From: Mobula hypostoma
Lineage: Eukaryota
Length of the DNA: 64,000 nucleotides
Direction: 5' to 3'
Assembly (NCBI RefSeq): GCF_963921235.1
Contig: NC_086097.1
Location: 163,434,001 to 163,498,000 of the forward strand
Shown here piece by piece: positions 1 through 12,300 of this stretch. Position 1 is the stretch's first letter; each line of letters starts with the position of its first letter. A program made the position numbers and the translations under genes. The notes under the pieces are model-generated. The model searched no databases. It saw only the letters and a list, made by a program, of their open reading frames with translations, and was not told the origin of the DNA.

Positions 1-1060
1 TGCATGACCATACGTTTCCCAACACTGTACTCTATCTGCCATTCCTTTGCCCATTCTCCTAATCTATCAGTCCTTCTGTCGCCTTTTTACTTTGTCAAAA
101 CTACTCACCCCTCCACCTGTCTTTGGATTTTCTCTTGAGGAAACCATGCTGACTACGGGCTATTTTATTATGTGCCTCCGAGTACCCCAGAACCACATCC
201 TTAATGATGCACTCAAAAATCTTCCCAACCACCACGGTCCTATAATTTCCTTCCTTCTGCCTCTCTCCCTTGAAAAGTGGAGTGAAAATTGCAATTTTCT
301 AGTCTTCCAGAACCATTCCAGAATCTAGTGATTCTTGAAAGATCGTTATTAATATCCCCACAATCTCTTCAGCCACCCCTTTCAGAACCCTGGGGCGTAC
401 ATCATCTGGTCTCGATGGCTTATTTACCTCAGCCCTTTCAGTTGCCCAACAACCTCTCTGGTAATGGGAACTCACACACTTCAGGACTCCTGACACCTGG
501 AACTTCCATCATACTGACAGTGTCTTCCACAGTGAAGGCTGATGCAAAGTGCTTATTCAGCTGATTGGCCATTTCTTTGTCCCCCATTACTACCTCTCTA
601 ACACTGTTTTCCAGCAGTCTGATATCAACTCTCGCCTCTCTTTTACACTTTATCAGAAGAAACCTGTCATATGGTTGTGGAAGGATTGCTGATCTGTGAA
701 GGATGTCATTATGAATCATCACATTTCCCATTTCCCAAGAGTCTGTGCTTAGGCAACCTCACTAGTCCTTAAAGAGACTTCTTACTATCTTGACATAAGA
801 GTTCTCCTTTAACTTATCTGTCAAGACTATCTCATGTCTTGTTTTTTTGCCCTTCTAATTTCCTTCTTGTGTACTCCAACATCCCTTGTTTCCTTAAGGG
901 ATTCAATTGATCCCAGATGCCTAATCCTGACACTTGCTTCCTCCCTTTTTCTGAGTACTCCCTCAACATCCCCAATTATCCAGGGTTTCCTAATCCTGCC
1001 AGCTTTGACCTTGACTTAAATAGGAACGTATTGGCCCTAAACTCTTCTTGCCACACGTTT
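1..1060 (-). mobile_element. CR1-type LINE ORF2 fragment (degraded)
   Basis: Minus-strand peptides RPDDVRPRVLKGVAEEIVGILITIFQESLDSG and KEMANQLNKHFASAFTVED match the CR1 pre-RT region and other CR1 copies in this window (e.g. 48799-49107). Confidence 0.85.
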
Positions 1061-1079
1061 AAAAGCCTCCAAAGTGCCA

Positions 1080-1430
1080 GACTTGTCTCTGGAGTGCAGC
1101 ACCCATGGTCTGAGAACACATCTCTGATGGCGCCTGCTCTCTGCCACCACAAAGCACAATATCAGTCAGTACATGGCAATACCACCACCTGCAGTTTCTC
1201 CACCAAGCCAGGTGCCATCCTGAATTAGAAAGGTTTTGTTTGTCCATTGTCATTGGATCCAAATCCTGAGGATTGCTGGCTAGCTTCACTGTAGAGGTGT
1301 TGACACCAGAGGGATTGCACCAGCTCTGGAACCTGACCCACAAACACCTCCTCAAAGGCAAATAGGGATAAATAATAATTGCTGGCCCTACCCACAGCCA
1401 CATGCTGCATAAATGAGAATACTAAAAAAC
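1080..1430 (+). mobile_element. Old LINE 3' end (CR1/L2-like)
   Basis: Similar to 22470-22725 (caccacc...catcctgaattagaa / catcctaacttggaa...cctgg) and ends in a ...cacat...aaaa tail like 4030-4075. Confidence 0.55.
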
Positions 1431-2694
1431 CAGTTGATGTTCCTTGTTTGAACTTATTATTGAGGTGTGATGACAGGGTTGAGGCAGCGCCTCTGAATCT
1501 GTTTCCAGATTAAGTTTGTGCCTATGCTGAGAAGTGTGAGATCACAGAATTGAGAAAAAAAATTCTTCCGCTTTCTCTGAGTATGTTTTGGACATGCAGG
1601 GTGTTGATTACATGATGGGGTAATAGTGGGAAATATTAGTGGTCCACACAATACAAGGAAGCTGATTTTAAATGAAACATACTTTGAAATGCCCATGGTT
1701 AATCATGAATTCCATTTTTGATTTTTTTCACTGTGCTTGGCTCAATGACACCCAAGCATTCTTCCTGTAATGTAACCTCACGATTAAACTAATTAAATCA
1801 AATTATTTTTAGAATTCAATTCCAATAGAGTCAACAAGAGGTTATTGACACTGATGACCTTTGGAATCCTTTTGGACATTATGGCACAGAAGAGTGTCAT
1901 TTGGTCCATTGTCTAGTGAGGGTTCATAGAAGAGCTTCCTTATTAATTACTCATCAGTATAACAAGTCTTTTGTAACTGCTTGCTTCCTTGTAGATAGAT
2001 TGTGAGTACCTTTCTTTCTGTCTGTAATGGATTTGATACAGTTGAGTGAAACACCTGATCTGTGAAGTTGATGTATGAAAGTTTAATACACTTGTTTGTT
2101 TCATCACTAGGCTGGCTGCCAGAGCAGGATGTGACAATTAATACATAAAAAGGTACTCTCTTAGTTGTGTTTCACAGAATTATTTTTAGAAGAGTACTGT
2201 AGGTTGACAGTTTTATAATTTATAAAAAGAAACAATTAATTAAGCACCTTGTATCAATTCTTCAAGAATATTGAATGTCATTGAAAAGGAAAGCTGGTCA
2301 AAATGAGAATAAAACTGTGCTAGCCCCATTTTGCAGCAGGTTTAACTGCGATAACTTTGCCAGCATCTGTCAGACTCAGTCAGGAGTCTTGATATTATGA
2401 GCTAATTGGGATCCATTATGTATGTAGGACACCCATGTGTTTTTATCAATGCATGTTTGATTGTTCCCTAATTTGACACAGGACTGGCAAACGTCTCAGC
2501 AGAAGGGATGGAATATACTCTTGAATGTAGTAAGAGTATATTAGAGTGTTGCTTGGAAGCTTTGCTGATCAAGTTTGGTGTGGTGCAAGAACACGTTTCT
2601 CATTTAGCAGTTTCCTGATGGTTCCACTCTTTCTTTTCCAATCTAGGTAAAGTGCTGTGAATAAGAATGTAATCTTGGTAGTCTGGGGCAGCTT

Positions 2695-2972
2695 GGGCAG
2701 CACAGTGGTTTGTGGAACTCTATTACAGCACTGGCTGTAAGATTGGGGTTCAATTTCCACTGCTGCCTGTACGTTTTCCCTGTGACTGCATGGGTTTCCT
2801 CCGGTTGCTCCGGTTTCCAACCACAGTGCAAAGGTGCACAGTTAGGGTTAGTGAGTTGTCAGCATGCTGTGTTGGTGCCAAACGTGCGACTCTTGTCGGC
2901 TGCCCAGCATAATCCTAACACAAACGACACATTTTACCGTATATTTCGGTGCACAAGTGACAAATTAAACCA
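2695..2972 (+). mobile_element. tRNA-derived V-domain SINE
   Basis: Pol III-like head (ggcagcacagtggt...ggggttcaatttcc), V-domain core gtgactgcatgggtttcctccggttgctccggtttcc; homologous to 59645-59975 and 26250-26530. Confidence 0.85.
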
Positions 2973-4111
2973 CTTGAGAGTGGATGGGCATTCCCAATAG
3001 GGATTCCTAGCTCCATTGTATCCTCCGTGAAAGAGAAGCCAATTGGCATTGCTCTTTAACGAGCTGTTTTCCAATGAACCTCTCCAGGTCAGAACAGCTG
3101 CTGCAATCCTGCTGGACGTGAAGAACTAAGTTTGGTTCTTCTGGGCGTTGAACATAAAGTGGGTGTGAACTTTGAACATTGCCAAGTAAATAAAATATTA
3201 TGTGATTTTTTTCATGTACAGTAGATTTAAGGCTGGATATGCACTGTGTTTCAATTAAAACAAACCCTTCCAGCACAAGTAACAAAAGCTTCTGGAATGT
3301 TGAGCAAGGGTCCAAGTTACATTGATATTTTCACACTGGAATTCACCCAAAACTGTTTTGCATTGATTGATGAGTGATGGTGGAACTTTCAATGGGAACA
3401 TGTTATCATTCAATTTACTGTAAATAACTTCCAAAAATGCAGCTGTATTTCTTTTTACAAAACTCCTTTGTGTTATGTTGACATTAAGATTGGCTTGGAG
3501 ACCATTTAACCAACCATGACCTTACTGCCCCTTAGCTCATTATGTAACCTAATTTTCTCACTGAAATATTGTTTAGTGATACACCAAAGTGGACCATATA
3601 GGTCACCTGACCTCTGGTGCATTCATTGTCCTATGAACTAGTGTCTCCTCACCAATCCTTTGTTCTTTCTCATTGTATTTATCTAGCTTCATCTTATTAT
3701 CACTTTTCTCTCTTATTTACTCTCATTCCATTGACATTCTAACCACTCTCTGGGTAACAAATATCTCTTAATTTCCTTTTTGTACTTGCTCTTGCTTTTC
3801 TTTCACGTGATGTGCAAAATCCATATCTGAGCAATTAAATAAATCTAGAAGAATATTACTGCAATTGCAAAGGGTAACCATGGATTAAAAGATTTTTTTT
3901 CAAAAGGAACATCTAGTTCACTACAGTCCTTTAGAGAAGGAATTCTGCTATGTTTACCAACATGGTTTTTATTTGGCTCTAACATGATTCTTAATTATCT
4001 GTGCATATCTGTGAAAATAAGCAATCAACGATAGCCTTACCAATGGTGTCCACATCCCTTTAATAATGAAAAAAATCATTTATTTCTTTTTTCCAGTTAA
4101 CAAATCTCAGC

Positions 4112-4230
4112 TTATTTTCTCTCCCTTTTGCTGTAACATATTATTTCTTGTTGGTATAACTGATGGAGATCAACATAAGTTCTTTCATCTTCTTTGCTTA
4201 AAGGACAGGACAAATCATCTGAAGACAAAC
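4112..4230 (-). other. Candidate terminal exon (LSSDDLSCPLSKEDERTYVDLHQLYQQEIICYSKRERK*)
   Basis: Minus strand: branch-like CTGAT, pyrimidine tract and tttag acceptor at 4231-4266, 38 open codons to TAA, AATAAA at 4079-4084. No recognised homology. Confidence 0.25.
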
Positions 4231-4488
4231 CTAAACAAAAAAGAGGGTGATACAGCAAATCATCAGTTGTGATTTATTGGTGCTTTTCCAAAGACTGAAG
4301 AGTACATTTCAAAATTATGAACACAGACATTGTTACATTGTCTGGATACAGTTTGATTGAAAGGAAGGCAATTTGAAATGTGATAAGCTGATATACGTAA
4401 ATTACAGAAATAGGAAGAGGCCTCTGATCCTCTCAGTTTGTCCTGCCATTGCATTTGACCAGTCTGATCAGACTTCAGTTCCATTTAC

Positions 4489-4534
4489 CTGTTCTTGTTC
4501 CGTTCACAAGATATCCGTGCCCAGTAAATCTACA
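4489..4534 (-). other. Candidate small exon upstream of 4112-4230
   Basis: CAG|GTAAAT donor at 4489/4488 is phase-compatible with the downstream exon (CRFTGHGYLVNGTRT-G-LSS...); the acceptor is weak. Confidence 0.18.
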
Positions 4535-4880
4535 CTGCATACATTCACATGCATAAACCCAGCCAAAGAGAAATGATTGACTTATGAACTTCCAGCACTT
4601 TTATGATAACAAGATTACCCAGGTCCTTTATACAGCAACATTTGTATGGAGAGATCTGGAAGTCTTTTTACATCTAGTTGAGCAATATTTTAATTTTGTG
4701 TCTTCCCACAGTGGGTAACCTTGTATTTCTTCACAGTAGATTCCATGTGCCAAGTGACTCCATGGTCATTTACTTAACCTTTCCAGGTATTTGCTGGCAC
4801 GTCACAACTTGGTTTCCAACCTATATTGATATCATGGGCACTTTGACCACACTCTGTCCCTTTGTTAAGACACTAATTTC

Positions 4881-5036
4881 CGCTCAGTGGTCATTTTATT
4901 AGGTAAACCTGTACACCAACTCATTAATGCAAATATCTAATCAGCCAATCATGTGGCAGCAACTCAAATGCATAAAAACATGTAGACCTGGTCAAGAGGT
5001 TCAGTCCTTGTTCAGACCGAACATCAGAATGGGGAA
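4881..5036 (+). mobile_element. Tc1 DNA transposon, left end to transposase start codon
   Basis: ctcagtggtcattttattaggtaaacc terminal motif; ATG GGG AA at 5029-5036 continues at 8727 after the LTR insertion. Confidence 0.8.
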
Positions 5037-5233
5037 TGTTATGTCTTGTTACTCTGAAACATAAAACTAATTGAAAGGAAACGTGGAGCTGGAAATACTC
5101 ATTTTAGTTCTAGTGAAGCATATTCTGTATGACATTTTACCCATAATTAGTTATGTAAACACATAGAATGCTTAATAAAACATATTTACAATATTACTCA
5201 AATATTACTGAAATAATATATATATACACAACA
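5037..5233 (-). repeat. 3' LTR of Gypsy element
   Basis: TG...CA termini; direct-repeat homology to 8483-8721 (aaacataaaactaattgaaag; catatttacaatattactcaaata); adjacent PPT. Confidence 0.9.
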
Positions 5234-5246
5234 CTCCTTCCTGCTT
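5234..5246 (-). promoter_or_regulatory. Polypurine tract
   Basis: AAGCAGGAAGGAG on the minus strand immediately before the 3' LTR. Confidence 0.8.
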
Positions 5247-8200
5247 AGCTATAAACTCCAACTCAATCTAGAATGCATCTCGAGTATATAGAAAGAATAT
5301 TATATAATACAACTACTATATACAGACATCCGCAGCAGAGTAAACTTTAAATTGCCCCATTCAGGTCTAAAGATTTAATTGCTTTGGAGGATTTCTTGCC
5401 CTTGTGGGATAAAGTCTTTCCTGGCCTGGGTGGGTCACTCTACTTGGCAGGTGAGACATGTGACTGTGAAACGATCTCAGATTCTGAGGCCTCCTCCATG
5501 GTGGTTGTAGAAATTGACTCTGGGACTGCAGGGCATGGTTCTGACAGCTCTAGACACCTTTCTTCCAGACTTGTTGGTACAGTGAATCATGCATGGTAAA
5601 TGGCTCGATCTGTTGATCTATCCCAGGCTGTTAGACAAAGCTTTGAGCCAACGTTTTCATTTTGATCATGATGAGATGACCGGCATGTAGAACCTCCAAC
5701 ACTTTAGCTCTCAGCTTCGATGGTACAACAACTCTTAATTCCCACATATAGCAACCCTTGTCAAGGGAAAGTTCATTCCAGTGCTGGGAAAAATGGGGAA
5801 ACAGGAATTTCTGCTACATATTCTAGCCATTTTGGGTGGACATGTAGACCTGAGACAGTCTGGTTTCCCTTTGGATCATCTCTGCCATAATAGGGAAACT
5901 TTCAATTTGAATGAGGGAGAATAAGTCAAGAGGAGTGACCTCTTTAGTAAATTTTTTCCGGTATTTCCTTTTCCAAGGATGAATGGGACAATCCATCAGC
6001 ATTTCCATGATTAGACATCCTCTTAAATTCAGTCTTGTAATTGTGTCCTTCAAGAAGCAGAGCCCGTCTGTGCATTCATGCTGCTGCTGTTAGTGAAACA
6101 CCCCTCTGTGGATTGAAAATAGACACCAGTAGTTGACTATTAGTAATGGGGTAAACTCTCTCCCATACAAATACTGTTTGAAATGTTTTATACCCCAAAC
6201 TAGAGTCAAGGCCTCTCTCTGTCAATTTGTGCATAATTTTTCTCTGCAGCAATAAGAGAAGTTGTTGCAAAGGCTATGGTGTGTTCATTTCATCACTCAT
6301 AACATGTGACATGACTGCACCTATACCATAAGGTGAGACATCCCAACAAGCTTCACTGGATGGTGTGGATCATAATGTGTGAGTGCAGTGTGAGACATCA
6401 CCATTTCCTTTGTCTTTGGAAAGCCCCTCGCACTGCTTTGTCCATTGCCGTTTCTTCCTGATTTGTAGGAATGAGTTCAAGGGATGGAGCAGAGTGGCCA
6501 GGCTTGGCAGGAACCTGTTGTAATAATTGATAAATCCTAAAATGGACTGCAACTGTGACACATCCTTTGGCCTGGGCAGCCTTGCAGCACCCGGTCAATA
6601 GTTTTCTGCCAGAGTGCAGGTGCAGATACTACCATAAATATAAGCCTTTTATAGTGATAATTTATTTGTGAGATTTATAATGAGGAACAATTTGCACTCC
6701 TCTTCCATATTCATCTGTAGGTAGGCCTCAGCTAAGTCCACTTTACTGAAGTGCTCTCCTCCGGAAGTGTTTGCAAAAATATCCTATATCCTGGCTAGAA
6801 GCTATTTACTTGCAGTACTGGGTTAATGAGGACCGTAAAAATACCACAAATTCTGACAGACCCATTCTTCCTGGCTAATGGCACCCATGGGCTTCACTCA
6901 AACTTTCTTTGGCCTCTATGCCATCCCACTCACTGGTTACTTTATCATGGATGCTATAAGGTGCTAGATGGGCTTTGTAAAATTTGGTGTGGCATTTTCA
7001 TTTAACACAATTTTACCCTTGAGATGTTTGAGTTTTCTAATGCCACTGTTGAACACTGTTGGGGCATCATCCAGTATCTTTCTTAATTTGCTTTAAGTTG
7101 ACTCCATTGCAGGGAATGTGGCATGCAGATGGTAGATGGGTATCCAATCAAGTTGTAGTTGTCTCAGCCATTCGTGTCCCCACAATGCTGGCCTCCCTGT
7201 TTTTACCACGTATGAGCCCGATGTGGCCTGTCAGTTGTGTCTCACTGTTACAAATGTCATTCCCACAGGACTTGCCTTTAGTTCTTAGTTGCAAATCTGT
7301 AGTGTTCAGTATCTTTGAAATGCCATTCAAACTTATTTTGTGGAATGACTGAAAAAGCACAGCCAATATCTAATTCCATTCTAATTAATTTGCTGTTCAT
7401 TTCTGGTGTGAGCCGTATTGCTTGTCTATTAGTTTTCACATAGTAAACCTCAAGGCTGTCTAGTCCTGTGTCTCACTCATCATTTACAGATTTTTCATCA
7501 ACAGCATGCAGATTAATGCTCTTTGAAGCTGCAACTTGACTATTTACCTTAATCTCTTCCTTGTGCAGTTTTTTATCTGTCTGACATGCTCCTTGTAAAT
7601 GTCTTACTTTGTTGCATTTTCTGCAAGGCTCACCTTTAAACCTGCATCGTTGTGGTAATAGAATTTGTTCAGCCAGGTCTGTTTCTGTTTAGCCATTTCA
7701 ATTTTATTCATGTTCACTTTCATTCCTGACTGCAACTCAGTTGTGTCTCTGGCTGCCTTTTCCTGCGACACAGCTATTTCAACTGTTCTTTTAAATATGA
7801 GTTGTACTTTAGTTAGCAGCCATTTTTTGAATGTTTGCTTGTAAGATTCCACAAACTAAACGATTTCTCAGTGTGTCATTAAGTCCATTACTGAACTGAC
7901 AATGCTAAGACTTTCTCTTTCAAGTCAGCCACATATGTTGAAATGGACTCCCCTTCCTTTTGATTTCACTTATGAAACCCAAAGCATTTTGCCATCAATA
8001 TTGGTTTGGGTTCTGAATGTTCCTGCATTACCTTCACAATATCAGTAAAGTGCATTTCAGCTAGTTTGCTTGGAGCAGTTAAACTTCGAAGCAATTTGTA
8101 TGCCTTTAAATCCCAGTGCACTCAGCAAAACTGGCACTCACTTTTCATTGGCTATTTCATTTTCTTTAAAACACTGCTCAGTTCACTCAGTATACATCAG

Positions 8201-8471
8201 CTGGTTATCTTTTTTGCAGTGTTTCTGATGTAGCCAGCTATTTGTTTTTTTTAAACTTACGATTATTCTTACCTGGTACTCACTATTCATGAATCTGTAA
8301 ATTTTTCTGTTTTCTGTCTTTTTTTTTTAACTCTAACATCTGTTCCTACCCAAGGAAGCACATTTTGTGTTTTTTTTTACTCAAATGTTTCTTGCTGCAT
8401 TTGTTTTTAAACTTCAACCTCTCACTGTGCTTCAACACGTAGGTAGTCATCTTGGGTTCATTTAAAACTTT

Positions 8472-8481
8472 CTCGTTGCCA
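8472..8481 (-). promoter_or_regulatory. Primer-binding site, probably tRNA-Ser(GCU)
   Basis: TGGCAACGAG 1 nt from the 5' LTR; one CpG transition from TGGCGACGAG, the complement of the tRNA-Ser(GCU) 3' end. Confidence 0.7.
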
Positions 8482-8482
8482 C

Positions 8483-8721
8483 CATTATGATTCATAACTC
8501 CAAAACATAAAACTAATTGAAAGAAGATAGAGCCGGGAATAACATGTTCTCGAGTTTCATTTTACTTCTAGCCAGGCGTGCATGCATGATGCTGTGGCAA
8601 AATGATGTATGTCATTCATATTTTTTTTTACATATAATCATAATGAGTTATGTAAACAACAGAGAATACTTAAAACATATTTACAATATTACTCAAATAC
8701 TGAAATATTAAATACATGACA
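8483..8721 (-). repeat. 5' LTR of Gypsy element
   Basis: Homologous to 5037-5233; right end ...gaca is followed by the TSD GGGAA; inner terminus is mutated. Confidence 0.88.
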
Positions 8722-9055
8722 GGGAAGAAATATGATTGAAGTGACTTTGACCGTGGAATGATAGTTTGTTCCAGATGGTGTGGCTTGAGTATCTCAGAAA
8801 CTGCTGTTCTCCTTACATTTTCATGAATAATGATCTCTAGAGTTTAAAAAGAGTGATGCAAGAAACAAAAAAAAATTCATTGACCGGCAATTCTGTGGGT
8901 GAAAATAACTTGTTAATGAGAGAGGTCAGGGGAGAATGGCTAAGTTGGTACAAGCTGACAGGAGGGTGACAGTAACTCAGAAAACCATGCATTACAACAG
9001 TGGTGTGAAGAAGAATGCATCGAACTTCAAAGTGGAAGAGCTACAGCAGCAGCAG
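8722..9055 (+). mobile_element. Tc1 transposase N-terminal (HTH) remnant, continuation
   Basis: gggaagaaatatgat...gtgactttgaccgtggaatg; peptide MAKLVQADRRVTVTQKTMHYNSGV is typical of the Tc1 DNA-binding region. No DDE domain or right TIR seen. Confidence 0.82.
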
Positions 9056-9345
9056 CCCCTCCTTCCCTTTCTCCCATGGTCCACTCTCCTCTCCCATCAG
9101 AATCCTTTCTCTCCAGCCCCCTTTCCCTTCCCTTCCACCTGGCTTCACCTTCACCTTCCTCCTTCCCTTCCACCCCCCCCCCCCATTTTATCCTTGCATT
9201 TCCCCCTTTTTATTCCTGAAAATGGTCTCAATCTGAAACATTGACTGTTTATTCATTTCCATAGATGCTGCCTGACCTGCTAAGCTCCTCCAGCATTTTG
9301 TGTGTGTTGCTCTGGCTTTCCAGCAGAATCACTTGTGTTTAAGTA
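9056..9345 (+). mobile_element. Penelope-like 3' tail repeat (pyrimidine tract, decayed hammerhead, gatgctgcctgacctgctga motif)
   Basis: C/T-rich tract, then cctgaaaatggtctcaatctgaaacattgactg...gatgctgcctgacctgctaagctcctccagcattttgtg; many homologues in the window. Confidence 0.7.
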
Positions 9346-12300
9346 CATGAGTTGTCAAACCACCATCAAGTTGGTCAGTTGATAGGGCCTGAGAATCTGT
9401 GACCTGTTGCTGTTCAAAGACCACTCCACTTTGCAGTATAGTTGAGGCACTGAGGTCCAGGGTCAGATTTGTCCCACAGTGATCGAGTAGCAAAGACTAG
9501 CATTGGGTCGGTGCTGGGGAGTGTACAGGATGCACAGCCCTGGTCAAGGACAATTTAGCCCAAAATCTATCTTGAGTATTATTTTTTAAAAAAATATTTA
9601 AATGTCTGCCACTAATTATGTGACCTCTTAAATTAATCTATTTTCTCAATCCACTTTAGCTAATGTTGCCTTCATGTTTGTGCAATTGCCTTAAGGGGAG
9701 AAGAGAAAAGAAGGCGGTTAATTGGAGTAATAGAGGATGGGTTGTAGAAAAATGGGGACTGCCTAAGGGAAAATGGCCTGTTTTAGTGCAGTAAATACAA
9801 TTACTTCGAATTCATCCTTGGCCAGTTGCTCTGAAGAAGCTCTACAGCAAGTGCGAGGTGCTCTACTGTGCTTCTGAGCATTACATTTCAAGTTGCTGTG
9901 TTCTGGTGCTCTTGTACATATATTTTGTTTAACACTATTGGCTCTGGGTGAATTTCTAGGGAACTATAACCCATCCCTGTAAGCAGACTTTATCGTTCTA
10001 TTTTGGTATGTCCTGGAGTATTTTTCGCCAATGTTCTTGCTGGCACAAGATGCCAAAACGTATCTGGGGGAATTATTTTGACATTAGTTAGGCTAATGAT
10101 TTAGTATGGAAGATGCCAAACAGGTGAATGTTGGAGGGAAAATGGGGCAAAGATTGAATTAATAATGGAGCAGCTTGACATTTCAACTGACTTGTTATAA
10201 ATTAAGGGGAAATCAATAATTAGTATTGGTTTAGAGAAATATTCATGAAGGTACAACATAATGGGTTAGCTACACCCGTAAATTTGGTAATTTGGAAAGC
10301 TTCATTTTGAATAACTTTATTTTTAGCTTAACATAGCATAATAGTTCCCTTGTGATTTTTGAGGAATTCTCTTGTGTGATTCTTTTTCTTTCATGCACAT
10401 TATATTTGAGCTGTGATATAAAACTCCATATTGGTGGATATTGCTATGAGGTATTATCCTGTGGGACAAACAAGAAGAAGCAAGAGAGTGAAAAGAAGTG
10501 CCATTTTACAAAGGGCAAGACGCCTTCACGCTTGTCATCAAATATTCAGTGAATTGTAATTATGATAGTTAGAAAATATAGAGCATAAAGCTTCAGACAA
10601 AATCCTCAAAAACTGATCAATCTGAGCATGATACTAATAAATTGGAGAGAAGGCAATGTTACTGCAAGCTGGCAATCAGTTTGTCTCAAGCCCTGTACAT
10701 GTGCTCAGTACTTCTTCCTTTAAGTGAATTAGAACAACTGGTTGCCAAAGCTTCTTAACAAAGAGATCTATAGATGCTGCTTGACCTGCTGAGTTCCTCC
10801 AGTGCTGTGTATGCTAACAAAAAGACTATTTGGCTTTGGCATACACTTCTAGGGTTGACCACGAGTCAGAAGCATCACAGTATTCATGATTTAATGGAAA
10901 ATGTAAATATGCTACCAAGCAAACCTGTTAATTGGGGTAGATAAACTCACTGTTAAGATCTCGTGTGATTGGTGGTGAGATCATGTTGGAGGACACCAAC
11001 ACACATTCAGAATGATCCCAAAATCTGTCATATCTTCCATGTCCTCCCTTTTTTGTGTTCTATAGGAACCATTAGGGTTGAGGCACTTCATCTGACCTAA
11101 TCAGATGGATTGAAACATCAACCATGCATTTTTTCTCTATCTGACAGAGTTCCTTCAGAATTTTTTTTGCTCCAGATTTTAGAAAATACGGTCTCGTGTC
11201 CCCAGAGGCAAAAATGGATTTCATTGAAAGGCAGAGCAGACTTGAGGGCTCACTAGTTTAGTACAGGTTAGCTTTTCCACTGCTAAAATGTGATAAATGT
11301 ATATGTGTGAGCTGTGGCAGTCAGTGGAGAAGAGCAATGAAATAGTTGCTTAAAGCAAAGCCCTGAACTTTTCTGTGACAGCCAAAGTGTTTCAAGACTC
11401 AGCCATTAGATCTTGTAAGCTCATTAGCTGCTGTCTTCCTCTCTTGTAAAAGAGTCTTGTAAAAAAGTTTGGGGGGTTTCCTACATAGTATTTCCAAGAC
11501 TACAGACCCTAAAACAAAAATATAGGAAATAAAGCAGGAAATGATGCAGATACTCAGGAGGTCAGAAAGCATCTGTGGAGAGAGAAACAAAGTCAATGTT
11601 TGTGGTTGGTAATGATTTTACAAAACTGAACTGCTTAAAAACATAATGTCAGAATAAGGAGCAGGAATACGTTGTTTGGCTCTGTAAGGTTGCTCCATTA
11701 TTCAGTAACGTGCTGCCCTCTTACAATCCAGATGGAAGATCTTAACCTGAAATATCAGCTGTCTATTTCCCTCCACAGCAGCTGCCCCTCCAACATCTTT
11801 TGATGCCATTTACCATAGCAATTCAGAAATCTCTAAAGCTCAACCTTGAATATAATGAATGACAGCACCCACCTCTTTCTGGGTCGAGAATTTTAAAAGT
11901 TCACGAGCCTCTGCGAGATGAAGCTCACCTTCATGTCATTCTTAAGATTGGAGAAAATGAGTGTGAGTATCATAACACACACTGTAATGAGAAAAGATTC
12001 AGCCCGCATGGAAGACTTCGTGAAACTGACTCCCTCAACAGGTTAGCTCTGAGAAGTCAGGACATTGTAGAAATAATGGAGTCATATTGCTATTTTGTGC
12101 TTAGAATTTTCCTGTGTAGGTTGTTAAGAAATTCTAAAATGGCTGTTTGGACCACTTTTACCAAGAGTATGGTACCTGGTTTAATAGTGAAGAAGACTGG
12201 GTTGAAAATTATTCCTAAAATTAATCTCTGAGTTGCTCAAGTTGAAAAAGCTGATAATATTTCTGATAAGAGTCAAATGAAGCAATGTCGCTGCGTGCAG

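Larger units (their letters stand above)
5037..8721 (-). mobile_element. Gypsy LTR retrotransposon, Mag-like, degraded and internally deleted
   Basis: Two LTRs and GGGAA TSD (5032-5036 / 8722-8726). Minus-strand remnants of the gag knuckle CRKCNKVRHLQGAC (~7585-7630), protease MELDIGCAFSVIP (~7345-7385), RT FSKVDLAEAYLQM (~6715-6755) and LQSILGFINYYNRFLPSLATLLHPL, plus the RNase H region. Confidence 0.92.

Noticed and set aside
1457..2137. Minus-strand open stretches with possible acceptors near 1530 and 2120
   Set aside because: Signals are weak, peptides unrecognisable, and such stretches are expected by chance.
3007..3315. 102-aa minus-strand ORF as an exon
   Set aside because: Non-ATG start, no convincing splice sites, no recognisable homology.
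5037..8721. Endogenous retrovirus or domesticated gag gene
   Set aside because: No env, Gypsy/Mag-type motifs, and the gag frame is broken.
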